Below are positions 8,892 through 18,164 of a DNA stretch of 64,000 nucleotides, one piece after another. Under the pieces are notes generated by a model. It saw nothing but the letters and a program-made list of their open reading frames with translations, was not told where the DNA came from and searched no databases. The DNA comes from Thermoproteota archaeon (GTDB lineage: Archaea > Thermoproteota > Thermoprotei > Gearchaeales > Gearchaeaceae), in NCBI GenBank assembly GCA_032249235.1, contig JAVVGF010000001.1:384001-448000 (forward strand), given 5' to 3'. A program made the translations under genes and the position numbers. The stretch's first letter is position 1, and every line of letters starts with the position of its first letter.

Positions 8892-10797
8892 CTTTTCTAA
8901 TTTCTTCGATTGAATCAGGATTCTCGAGTACTGATATTTCTCCTAATTCTTTATTCAAGAAAACGTTCCTGATTATTCTTCTCATTATTTTTCCTGATCT
9001 CGTTTTAGGTAGGTCTTTAACAAAATATATCCTGCTTGGTTCAAAGGATTTACCGATCTCTTTTATCACCTTCTCTCTTATTTCATTCTCAATCTTTTTA
9101 TAATCTTCATAACCCTTTTTAAGTACTACAAAACATGCTATTTCTTCTCCTTTTAATTCGTGAGGAATACCTATGCATGCTGATTCAGAAACTGCATAAT
9201 GATTATTTATTGCTCCTTCGATTTCAGCCGGTCCTATTCTTTTACCTGCAACTTTAATTGTATCGTCAGCTCTTCCTAATAAATACCAAAATCCATCTTC
9301 ATCGATCAAAGCAAGATCTCCATGATACCATATCGAAGGATATTTGCTCCAGTATGTTTCTATATATCTTTTTTCATCCTTCCAAAATCCTTTAGTCATC
9401 GAAGGTGCAGGTTTTTTACAAACTAAATAGCCGACTTTACCTCTTACAGGATTACCTTCATCATCGAATACATCGACGTCCATTCCAAGACCAGGACCCC
9501 AAAGCGTTGAAGGTTTTAATTCTACAACAGGAGAAGGCAATAAGAAGCATCCGAATATTTCTGTTCCTCCAGAAAGATTGATGAAAGGTCTTTTCTCTTC
9601 ACCTATATCTTTCATTATCCAAAGCCATGTATCTGGGTCAATAGGTTCTCCTGTATTTCCAAAAGTCCTTATGCTACTTAAGTCTCTATTCTTTGCTATT
9701 TTAGATCCATATCTTTTAAGAATCCTCGCTACAGTAGCTGCGAATCCAAAAGCTGTTACATGGCTATCTTCTATTATTCTCCATATCCTATCTTGTTCAG
9801 GATAGTCTATTGCTCCTTCAAATATCACATGTGTAGCATGTAATGTTTGAGAACCTATAATTTGCCAAGGACCCATCATCCAACCAATATCTGTAATCCA
9901 AAATAGCGTTCCATTTTCTTTCAAATCCATGTTGAAATAAATCTCTTTGGTAGGTTGCAACAAAGCACCTATATGGGTTATTATACTACCCTTTGGCTTA
10001 CCTGTTGTTCCAGAAGTATATAATAAAAGTGCAGGATCCTCTGCATTAGTTTGTTCATGTTCTTCAAATCTTTCTCTCTTCAATGCTTCATCGAAGTATT
10101 GGTCATTTTCATCTAAAGAAATTTCTAAGCCTATTCGCCTTACTATGAGACGTTTAATATTGAGATTTGAAAGCTTTACTGCTTCATCAGACATTTTCTT
10201 CAATTCAATAATTTTACCTCTTCGATAATATCCATCGCATGTAACTAGCAATTTTGGTTCTGCATCGCTCAATCTTTGTGCAACTGCGCTAGGTGAGAAT
10301 CCTGAAAATATAGGAGCGAATATAGCACCTACTTTAAGCGTAGCGAATAATGTTATTATCGTTTCAGGTATCATAGGTAAATATGTGGCTATTACGTCTC
10401 CTTTTTTAATGCCTATTTCTTTGAAGTAACCTGCAAGCCTAGCTACTTTGTCTTTTAATTCAAAATAACTCACTTTTTTTACTTCGCCATTTTCACCATA
10501 CCATATGAAAGCTGTTTTATCTGTCTTATGTCTATCTAAAGCATTATATGTTACATTAACTTTTCCACCGATGAACCATCTAGCCCATTCAACACCTTTT
10601 GAAATGTCTAATACTTCTTTGTAATCTTCAAAAAATTCAATATTCAAAGGTTCAATTATTTCAGACCAAAATTTTCTTATATTTTCGCAACTATATTTTA
10701 CAAAATCCTTGTAGCTTTTATAATTCTTTTTGTCCAAATATTCTTTTACATTAGATTCTTCAATAACCTCTCTCGGTGGTTTCCAAATATATGTCAT
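8869..10797 (-). CDS. acs: AMP-forming acetyl-/acyl-CoA synthetase
   Basis: LYTSGTTGKPKG, DIGWMMG, GRADDTIKVAGKRIG, LPKTRSGKIMRR. Confidence 0.9.
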   Translation of the reverse strand: MTYIWKPPREVIEESNVKEYLDKKNYKSYKDFVKYSCENIRKFWSEIIEPLNIEFFEDYKEVLDISKGVEWARWFIGGKVNVTYNALDRHKTDKTAFIWYGENGEVKKVSYFELKDKVARLAGYFKEIGIKKGDVIATYLPMIPETIITLFATLKVGAIFAPIFSGFSPSAVAQRLSDAEPKLLVTCDGYYRRGKIIELKKMSDEAVKLSNLNIKRLIVRRIGLEISLDENDQYFDEALKRERFEEHEQTNAEDPALLLYTSGTTGKPKGSIITHIGALLQPTKEIYFNMDLKENGTLFWITDIGWMMGPWQIIGSQTLHATHVIFEGAIDYPEQDRIWRIIEDSHVTAFGFAATVARILKRYGSKIAKNRDLSSIRTFGNTGEPIDPDTWLWIMKDIGEEKRPFINLSGGTEIFGCFLLPSPVVELKPSTLWGPGLGMDVDVFDDEGNPVRGKVGYLVCKKPAPSMTKGFWKDEKRYIETYWSKYPSIWYHGDLALIDEDGFWYLLGRADDTIKVAGKRIGPAEIEGAINNHYAVSESACIGIPHELKGEEIACFVVLKKGYEDYKKIENEIREKVIKEIGKSFEPSRIYFVKDLPKTRSGKIMRRIIRNVFLNKELGEISVLENPDSIEEIRKVISQTSP

Positions 10798-10832
10798 TAA
10801 TATTAAAATCGCTTGGGAATAATATACAATTT

Positions 10833-11693
10833 ATGAAGATTGGTTTTATAGGCTTAGGAAGAATGGGAAGCAGAATGGCAATGAACTTATTGAAACGTTT
10901 CAGAGAAATCAATGTATATAATCGAACCTATGAAAAAGCTAAGCCTTTACTGAATGCAGGTGCAAAATTTTTTAAATCACCAAAAGAGCTTGCAAAGAAC
11001 TCAGATTGTATAATAACAATGCTTCGTGATTCGAATGCTGTAAAATGGGCATTATTAAGTGAAGAAGGTGCTTTTAATGGGGCGAATAAGGGGTCTTATT
11101 TCATCGACATGAGTACTATTCAACCAAAGGTTTCAATTGAATTAGCAATGGAAGCAAGCAAAAGAGGTTTTCATTTCATCGATGCTCCAGTAATAGGGAG
11201 TATCGATCAAGCTGCTGAAGGAACATTAACCATTGTATGTGGCGGTGCGAAAGAAGACTTTGAAAAAGTTTTACCAATTCTTCAAGCGATGGGCAAGAAT
11301 ATATTCTATGTAGGGCCTTCTGGCTCGGGTTCTAAGTTAAAGCTTATAAACAATACCTTAATTGCTAATTTCCCTGCTATATTTTCAGAGATTATTACGA
11401 TTGCTAAGAGAGCAGGCTTAGATGAAAAAATAACGTTAGATGTATTGAAGAGCGGAATATTTGGCAAGGCAATTGAATATTACGAAAAAAGAGTGGTAGG
11501 TAAAGATTTCACTACTAGATTTGCTCTTGATTTAATGCTAAAAGACATAAAATATGCAAGGGAACTTGCTGAAGATTTCGATGCTAAACCCTATATTTTA
11601 TCTAAACTCGAAGAATTATATGAGGCAGCTTGGAATAAAGGATGGAAGGATCTCGATTATACTGCTATAGCTCTACTTTATGAAGATTGTTAA
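10833..11693 (+). CDS. NAD(P)-dependent beta-hydroxyacid dehydrogenase (3-hydroxyisobutyrate dehydrogenase family)
   Basis: IGFIGLGRMG, DMSTI, DAPVIG, KLINN, LMLKD. Confidence 0.9.
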   Translation: MKIGFIGLGRMGSRMAMNLLKRFREINVYNRTYEKAKPLLNAGAKFFKSPKELAKNSDCIITMLRDSNAVKWALLSEEGAFNGANKGSYFIDMSTIQPKVSIELAMEASKRGFHFIDAPVIGSIDQAAEGTLTIVCGGAKEDFEKVLPILQAMGKNIFYVGPSGSGSKLKLINNTLIANFPAIFSEIITIAKRAGLDEKITLDVLKSGIFGKAIEYYEKRVVGKDFTTRFALDLMLKDIKYARELAEDFDAKPYILSKLEELYEAAWNKGWKDLDYTAIALLYEDC

Positions 11694-11709
11694 TTAAAAA
11701 TTTTTTAGA

Positions 11710-12843
11710 TCAATTTGGATCTAATTTTAAAATTTCTTTTTTAATTTTTTCTACTGTTTTTTCTTCATCAACAATTCTCACAACTTTATATCCAGATATT
11801 TCTAACAATTTTATGATTAATGCTTTGAACTTTTTTCCTTTTTGATTACTTTTTCTCATGAATAGTGCTTCAAATGGAATACCCAAATTTGTTAGCTCTT
11901 CTTGCGTTACTTCTCTCATAGCTTCAGGCCTATTGGTAATTATAACTATCTTCCTGTTATTCTTGAAATATTCTTCATCGATTTCTCTTATCCTTTCTTC
12001 TATAGGGATATCTAAATTCAGATATTTTTCGCTATAGAATATTTTGAAGAACTCTTCTTTAGTTTTTTTATCGAGATTATTGTAACTAGATACCTTTAAT
12101 TCTTCCAAGCATGCTTTCTTTCTTTCCTCCACATTGAACAATACATTATCTATCTCACATACTACTATTTCAGAATCTTTTTCTATATCTAACTCCAATG
12201 GTTTGCATATTTCTTTGTAAGGGCATCTTATGCAAGTGCTATATTCTCCTTTAATTGCTGCTTCCTTAATGGGCGGCAACTTTTTTGATATATGATAATG
12301 CAATGTTAGCGTTCTTTCTTTCAATATTTCATAATACTTTTTATCTTTAGAAATCTCAAAGACTTTCTTTCTACCAGCCCGCTTATCCCAATATAATAGA
12401 AATCCTCTTTCAATGTTCAAAGCATGTAAATAGCACTGAAGTTGCATTATATGTCTTTGAAGAGGCTCATTAGGTATTTTAGAAATAGTTTTGAGTTCTA
12501 CAATGACCTTTTGACCTTCGAAATCAGCGATTATTATATCAGCCTTGCCATGAAGCATTGCTTCATCGAAATTAAGACTTACCTCATATTCTACTGCTTC
12601 TACTTTCAAACTTTCATTTAGAACTTTAGCAAGCATTTCATGTACACCTTTACCTGTTAGGAAAATGGTTAGTTCTTCTTCAGTTGGTTCCTTTTCCTCA
12701 AAAAACTCATAATATTGCTTTCTCAAACATTCTCCTATTGATGAAGGATAATATTTGCCTATAACTTTCTCATGTTCCTCTTTTTCTTTTTCATAAATTA
12801 TTCTTATACCTTTATTTACTGCTTCGAGGAATTTCTCTGCCAC
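11710..12843 (-). CDS. Solo Cas4-like PD-(D/E)xK nuclease fused to a C-terminal HAD (Pnkp phosphatase-like) domain
   Basis: PSSIGECLRK, GKGVH, GKADII, VELKT, QLQCY, CIRCPYKEIC (4-Cys Fe-S); then VVCEIDNVL, IITNRP, LFMR, IVDEE. Confidence 0.8.
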   Translation of the reverse strand: MAEKFLEAVNKGIRIIYEKEKEEHEKVIGKYYPSSIGECLRKQYYEFFEEKEPTEEELTIFLTGKGVHEMLAKVLNESLKVEAVEYEVSLNFDEAMLHGKADIIIADFEGQKVIVELKTISKIPNEPLQRHIMQLQCYLHALNIERGFLLYWDKRAGRKKVFEISKDKKYYEILKERTLTLHYHISKKLPPIKEAAIKGEYSTCIRCPYKEICKPLELDIEKDSEIVVCEIDNVLFNVEERKKACLEELKVSSYNNLDKKTKEEFFKIFYSEKYLNLDIPIEERIREIDEEYFKNNRKIVIITNRPEAMREVTQEELTNLGIPFEALFMRKSNQKGKKFKALIIKLLEISGYKVVRIVDEEKTVEKIKKEILKLDPN

Positions 12844-12923
12844 TATGTATTTTATAGATTACCTTTATTATTTCTTAAAGAAAAAGCCCTAGGCTTTTAT
12901 TCATCGTAGCATATAGCTTTATT

Positions 12924-13760
12924 GTGAATAAGAATCAAAGGTTATTAATGCTTCTCAATTATTTTTCTAAGTTAAAGACTGCTATAGATCTCGAGGATGT
13001 AAATATGATAATCGAAGATTTAAATCTCGATAATCTTAAAGCAGGATCATTTCATTTTAAGTTTGGTCTCTTAAGCATTAATGAGAAAAACATCTATGAG
13101 AAATTAAAATATGCAAAATTCAATGAAAAATTAATAGAATATTCTAAACTAATTTTAAATTATCTTCAAAAAAATTCATCTGCAAATTTAATTTGTATTA
13201 CGGGCTCTTTAGCATATAGAGATGCAAGACCATGGCAAGATATTGATTTAATGATTTTGTCTAAAAGGAAGAACTTAATGAAAACTTTACTTAAAATATT
13301 GATATTGAATAGAAAGTTAGTCTGGAATAAATCAAAGGTAAAACTATGCATTAATTTTGTTTGTTCTATTGAGAAATTTCCTGAAGTAATAAATAATTCA
13401 TGTTCTGCATTGGTTGCATTCGACTTAATAAAAGCGATTCCTTCAAATCCTGAATTATATTATTCGCTTTTAAATAATACAAATTGTATAAAAAAATATT
13501 TTAAAATAAATTATGAAATGAAATTTTCATCAAACTTGAAAATTAGAACTTCAAGTTATTCATTAACAGATATTATATTATATATTTTTCTTTTTATATA
13601 TTTTAAATTTATAAATTACATAAGAAATTTAAAGTTATTGAAAAAACGTTTCTATATTAATTTATTTAATTATGAATATAAGCCTGATCTTTTTATGATT
13701 AAATCAGTTAAATATGAAATATTAAAAAAAGAGTTTGAAAAAATATTTCTAGATTTCTAG
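12924..13760 (+). CDS. Nucleotidyltransferase-domain protein (Pol beta superfamily)
   Basis: ITGSLAY-x6-QDIDL motif; very AT-rich coding sequence. Confidence 0.7.
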   Translation: MNKNQRLLMLLNYFSKLKTAIDLEDVNMIIEDLNLDNLKAGSFHFKFGLLSINEKNIYEKLKYAKFNEKLIEYSKLILNYLQKNSSANLICITGSLAYRDARPWQDIDLMILSKRKNLMKTLLKILILNRKLVWNKSKVKLCINFVCSIEKFPEVINNSCSALVAFDLIKAIPSNPELYYSLLNNTNCIKKYFKINYEMKFSSNLKIRTSSYSLTDIILYIFLFIYFKFINYIRNLKLLKKRFYINLFNYEYKPDLFMIKSVKYEILKKEFEKIFLDF

Positions 13761-13800
13761 AAATCTAAGCTATTATAAATATTTTCAATAACCGTAGCAT

Positions 13801-15252
13801 GTGGCTATAGATTGCTTGCTAATAAATCCTTATTTCTTAAAATTTGATCCCCAACAAAGGAAGCAGCGAAGCCCATATGAACCTTTAGGTTTACTTTATA
13901 TAGGAAAGGTTCTGAAACATTCAGGTTTTCGTGTTCAATTATTAGATTGTACTTTCTTAAATTCTCTTGAAGAAGCTAAAGAATCAATTAAATCTCTGAT
14001 GCCTCCAGTAATAGGTATATCAAGTAAGATAACTTTGACCAAATATGTTCGTGAATTCATCAATTATTCTAAGAGATTAGGCATAACTGTTGTTGTAGGC
14101 GGCCCAGATGCTTCTTTAAGACCTCAGAAATATATTATCTTAGGTGCAGATTATGTTGTAGTTGGCGAGGGTGAAGATACAACAAAAGAACTTCTTTCAA
14201 AGCTTCTAAAAAATGAAGAGGTCAAAGATGTCAAGGGTATTGTATATAAAGAAAATGAAAGGCTCATAGAAACCCCTCCAAGACCTTTTATAAGGAATTT
14301 AGATTTTCTAGGCTCTCCTGATAGATCGCTTATAGATGAATATAAGTATCGAGATGTTTGGCTTGAAGATCATGGTTTTGCAATGTCTACTGTGATGACT
14401 AGCAGAGGTTGTCCTTATGCATGCAATTTTTGCAGTAATCCCATAACTCCTTTTGGGAGAAGATATACATATAGATCAGCTAAAAACGTAGTTGATGAAC
14501 TCGAGGAGCTTGTAAATAAATATGGATTCAATAGAATTTGGTTTGCAGATGATGTTTTCACGATTAACAGAGAAAGGACAATAGCGCTTTGTAAAGAAAT
14601 ATTAGATAGAGGTCTTGAATTCAAATGGAGTTGTCTTACTAGAGCTGATAGAGTAGATGAAGAATTGCTCAAGTTAATGAAGGCTGCAGGTTGTGAACAA
14701 ATTTTTTATGGTTTAGAAAGTGGCGCTCAAGAAATGTTGGATGCGATGAATAGGAATATGAAAGTAGAAGTGATGAGAAAAGGTTTGTTGAAGACTAAAA
14801 GGATTGGAATTCGTATTCATACTTTCGTAATAGTGGGGTATCCGGGTGAACGCTATGAAACTTTATTGAAGACTTTAGATTTTATGAAAGAAATTCTTCC
14901 TGATGAATATAGTTTTACTATAGCTTATCCTTTGCCTGGAACTAAGCTTTATGATCTAGTAGACTTTAAAGATGATCCAGATTCTGAATGGGAATCTCCT
15001 AACGAAAATAGATTGCTTTTTAAAAGCGATATGCCTCAATCTGCTTTGAAATTATTCATAAGAAAGACTAGATTAGAAATTGCATTGAGAAGAAGATTTA
15101 AAAAATCAAATCTAGCTGAAAAAATAATTAATAAGAGTACAAATTTAATATTAAAATTATTAACTTTAAGAGCTGGAAAGTACAATTGGCATACTAGAAA
15201 TCAAATTATATCAAATTATTTGAAATATGAAAAGAAAATGCGTTTCAGATGA
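13801..15252 (+). CDS. Cobalamin-binding radical SAM enzyme (class B methyltransferase-like)
   Basis: PLGLLYI, VVVGGP, GEGE, TSRGCPYACNFC, FADD, GLESG, PLPGT. Confidence 0.9.
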   Translation: MAIDCLLINPYFLKFDPQQRKQRSPYEPLGLLYIGKVLKHSGFRVQLLDCTFLNSLEEAKESIKSLMPPVIGISSKITLTKYVREFINYSKRLGITVVVGGPDASLRPQKYIILGADYVVVGEGEDTTKELLSKLLKNEEVKDVKGIVYKENERLIETPPRPFIRNLDFLGSPDRSLIDEYKYRDVWLEDHGFAMSTVMTSRGCPYACNFCSNPITPFGRRYTYRSAKNVVDELEELVNKYGFNRIWFADDVFTINRERTIALCKEILDRGLEFKWSCLTRADRVDEELLKLMKAAGCEQIFYGLESGAQEMLDAMNRNMKVEVMRKGLLKTKRIGIRIHTFVIVGYPGERYETLLKTLDFMKEILPDEYSFTIAYPLPGTKLYDLVDFKDDPDSEWESPNENRLLFKSDMPQSALKLFIRKTRLEIALRRRFKKSNLAEKIINKSTNLILKLLTLRAGKYNWHTRNQIISNYLKYEKKMRFR

Positions 15253-16211
15253 ATAGATTTAATATTATTATACCTGTCTATAATGAAGGAAATAATTTAA
15301 AATTCTTAATTCCTTATATATTAAGCTTAAATATCAATAATTTAGAGAAGATTTATATAGTAGATTCTAATTCTACTGATAACACATATCAAATAATAAA
15401 TTCTTTTATGAGAAAATTTCCAAACATTGTATATATAAGAGAAGAAACGAGGAATGGGAAATCTAGCGCTATTAATAAAGCCTTAAAGCACATTAAGGAA
15501 GGTATTGTTGTTGTTCATTCTGCAGATTGCCTTACAACTAAAGAGTCTTTGTTAAAGTTGGTCAATGCTATTAAAAATGATGTTGGGGCTTCAATGCTTT
15601 GTGCTGAACCGGTAATAGAAAATAATTCAATAGATGAGAAGATATCATATTACTCATGGATTATATCGAATGAAACTTGTTATGAACTATCAAAAATGGG
15701 CATTCTTCGACATATTGGTAACGATATATTTGCTTTTAAAAGAGAAATAATAGATGAAATAAAAGAGAACGTCGTTAATGATGATTCATATATAGCTTTG
15801 AAGATAACAATGAAAGGCTTTAAAATTGTTTTTCTTAGTGATGCGAAAGTTAAAATTAAGGCTACTTCAAATTTTCATGACTATTTAAAGCAAAGACTTA
15901 GAATAAATTATGGTCATAAAGTTAATAAAAAAATTACTAATATGTATTCAACAACTTTAAAGAATTTATTTTTTATCAAGCCTAACATTGCTTTTAAAAT
16001 ATTATTTAGAAGTCTAATTAAATATTTTCCTGAATCAATTTTTTATATCCCTCTTCTCGTATTCATAGAAGTGATTTCCGAGCTTTTCTTATTACTAAGG
16101 CTATATAGTTTTGATTTTATCAGATGGCCTATAGCTTACTCTACAAAAGATATCTTTAAATTAAATGAAAATGTCATAAAAAATTATGGTCGTAGTAGAA
16201 TGGAAAAATGA
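15249..16211 (+). CDS. Glycosyltransferase family 2
   Basis: IIIPVYNE, DSNSTD, GKSSAIN, NDD, QRLR (QxxRW-like), C-terminal TM segment. Confidence 0.85.
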   Translation: MNRFNIIIPVYNEGNNLKFLIPYILSLNINNLEKIYIVDSNSTDNTYQIINSFMRKFPNIVYIREETRNGKSSAINKALKHIKEGIVVVHSADCLTTKESLLKLVNAIKNDVGASMLCAEPVIENNSIDEKISYYSWIISNETCYELSKMGILRHIGNDIFAFKREIIDEIKENVVNDDSYIALKITMKGFKIVFLSDAKVKIKATSNFHDYLKQRLRINYGHKVNKKITNMYSTTLKNLFFIKPNIAFKILFRSLIKYFPESIFYIPLLVFIEVISELFLLLRLYSFDFIRWPIAYSTKDIFKLNENVIKNYGRSRMEK

Positions 16212-16569
16212 AGAATACATTGGAATAGATTCCAAAGGAAATAAAATCAAGCTCGCAGGTAATAATTTTTCGCCCATGGAGCTTGTCCTTGTTGCATTGG
16301 CAGGATGTACAGCTATTGATGTTGTGGAAATTTTGAAGAAAATGAGAAAGAATGTAGAAAGTCTTAAAGTTGAAGTTACAGGAGAGAGAAATGAGGATCA
16401 TCCTAGATATTGGAAAAAAGCCAAGATCTATTATGAAGTTAAGGGCTTTGATATTAATGAAGAGGATGTTGAAAAAGCGATAAGATTATCGATGACTACT
16501 TATTGTTCAGTAGCAGCTACGATTTCTGGCAAAACTGAAATTTCTTATTCTTATAAATTAATTAAATAA
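16186..16569 (+). CDS. OsmC/Ohr family protein (YhfA-like)
   Basis: SPMELVLVALAGC and YCSV. Confidence 0.9.
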   Translation: MVVVEWKNEEYIGIDSKGNKIKLAGNNFSPMELVLVALAGCTAIDVVEILKKMRKNVESLKVEVTGERNEDHPRYWKKAKIYYEVKGFDINEEDVEKAIRLSMTTYCSVAATISGKTEISYSYKLIK

Positions 16570-16571
16570 AC

Positions 16572-17591
16572 TTATTTTACTTTGTATCCAACTATTTCAT
16601 TTATATTTGAAAACTTATTTTTCATCAAAAAATTATTTATTCCTTTTAAGATAGATTTATTTATTGATATACCTTCATAAATTAATGCAGTATAGATTTG
16701 AAAGGTATTAGCTCCATGCATCATTGCTAGGACAGCATCTTTCCAATCGAATATGCCTCCGCATGCATTTATGATTATTTTACCTCGGGTTTCTTTATAT
16801 AATATTTTAACAGTATTGAGCATTAGATTGAAGATCAACTTACCACTCAGCCCACCTTGCTTCGTAGCCAGATTTTCATCTTTAACTTGAAGAGTATTGA
16901 TAGCTGTTATTCCATCTATATTCCTTTTAATGCATAAATCAGCTAATTCCAAATGATTTTCTATATCTTTTTTATTTGCTGGAGGCGAAATCTTTACAAA
17001 GGTTATTCTATTTTTAATTTCTGAGATTTCTCGAGATAGTTTATCGAAATTATCAATCTCTTGGAATAGCCTGCCATTCTCAGTATTAGGACAACTGAGA
17101 TTTATTTCAATTATTTCAGCGTATTTTGAAGCCTTAAGATATAATTCTTTAATTTCCTCTATAGTATTGCCTGCAATACTTATTGAAATGGGCGAAAATT
17201 TTCTCTGCTTTTTTAAGTTTTCGATGAATTTTTCAATTCCCACACTCGGTAGACCCATAGAATTTGTCATGGATTTCAACTTAGGATATCTAACAATCCT
17301 TGGTCTCGGATTTCCTTTATTTGGCTTTAAGAGAACGGAGCCTAGTGTAATATAACCAAATCCTAATGAAGATAAGAAAGTTACAATTTCTGCATTTTTA
17401 TCAAAGCCTGCTGCCAAAGCAAGAGGATTTTCTAACATTAATTCTTTGATTTTTATGTTTAATAATTCAGAATTAAACTTCATAAAATTCAAATTGAATT
17501 TTAAAACTTTTCTCACCAATTCGTGAGCTCTTTCAGCATCCATCTTGAATAAAATCGGTTTTATAAAATCATAATAACTAGTCATCCTCAT
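16572..17591 (-). CDS. pyrD: Dihydroorotate dehydrogenase, quinone-type (class 2)-like
   Basis: DAERAH, LAAGFDKN, GNPRPR, NLSCPN, VKISP, GGLSG, QIYTAL. Confidence 0.9.
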   Translation of the reverse strand: MRMTSYYDFIKPILFKMDAERAHELVRKVLKFNLNFMKFNSELLNIKIKELMLENPLALAAGFDKNAEIVTFLSSLGFGYITLGSVLLKPNKGNPRPRIVRYPKLKSMTNSMGLPSVGIEKFIENLKKQRKFSPISISIAGNTIEEIKELYLKASKYAEIIEINLSCPNTENGRLFQEIDNFDKLSREISEIKNRITFVKISPPANKKDIENHLELADLCIKRNIDGITAINTLQVKDENLATKQGGLSGKLIFNLMLNTVKILYKETRGKIIINACGGIFDWKDAVLAMMHGANTFQIYTALIYEGISINKSILKGINNFLMKNKFSNINEIVGYKVK

Positions 17592-17683
17592 TTTAGATAA
17601 AATAACGCATTTAATATATTACATTCGGATTTTTGCAAGCTATTTTGAGTTAATTTTTTATTCCTTTATCTTCTTAACGGATT

Positions 17684-18061
17684 ATGCCTATGGATCAATT
17701 AGGTTTATTAGGTCCTGTGTTGCTATTTTTCATTGCTTGGATCGTTTCTTCGATTCCAATTTGGATAGGCGCTAAAATAATAACTCCTTCTACTGCGACT
17801 TTTGGAAGAGCATTAATCGCGTCTATATCAGGTTTTGTAATTTTATCTCTATTATTTGCTTTATTCAACATATTGAACTTAGGTATAATAGGATTCATCA
17901 TAGCATTCATTGTCCTACTTGCTATTTATAAGTCAATATTTTCAACAGGTTGGATGGGAGCTTTGGGAATAATAATACTAGCATTTATTTTTTCGTTCAT
18001 TTTAGCTTTGGTGCTTGGTCTTTTTATAGGAATATCAATATTTGCATTCAGAATATTCTAG
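17684..18061 (+). CDS. Hypothetical membrane protein (about 4 TM helices)
   Basis: 125 aa, almost entirely hydrophobic. Confidence 0.75.
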   Translation: MPMDQLGLLGPVLLFFIAWIVSSIPIWIGAKIITPSTATFGRALIASISGFVILSLLFALFNILNLGIIGFIIAFIVLLAIYKSIFSTGWMGALGIIILAFIFSFILALVLGLFIGISIFAFRIF

Positions 18062-18164
18062 GATTTTCCGCAACAATTTGTTGTATTCTTTGGATTATTT
18101 TTATTTGAATAAGCCTAAGTTTGAACAAATATTAAAATTAAAAGAATAAAAATTAAATTTCATT

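Noticed and set aside
11710-12843. CRISPR-Cas locus suggested by Cas4
   Set aside because: No repeat-spacer array and no other cas genes seen in the window
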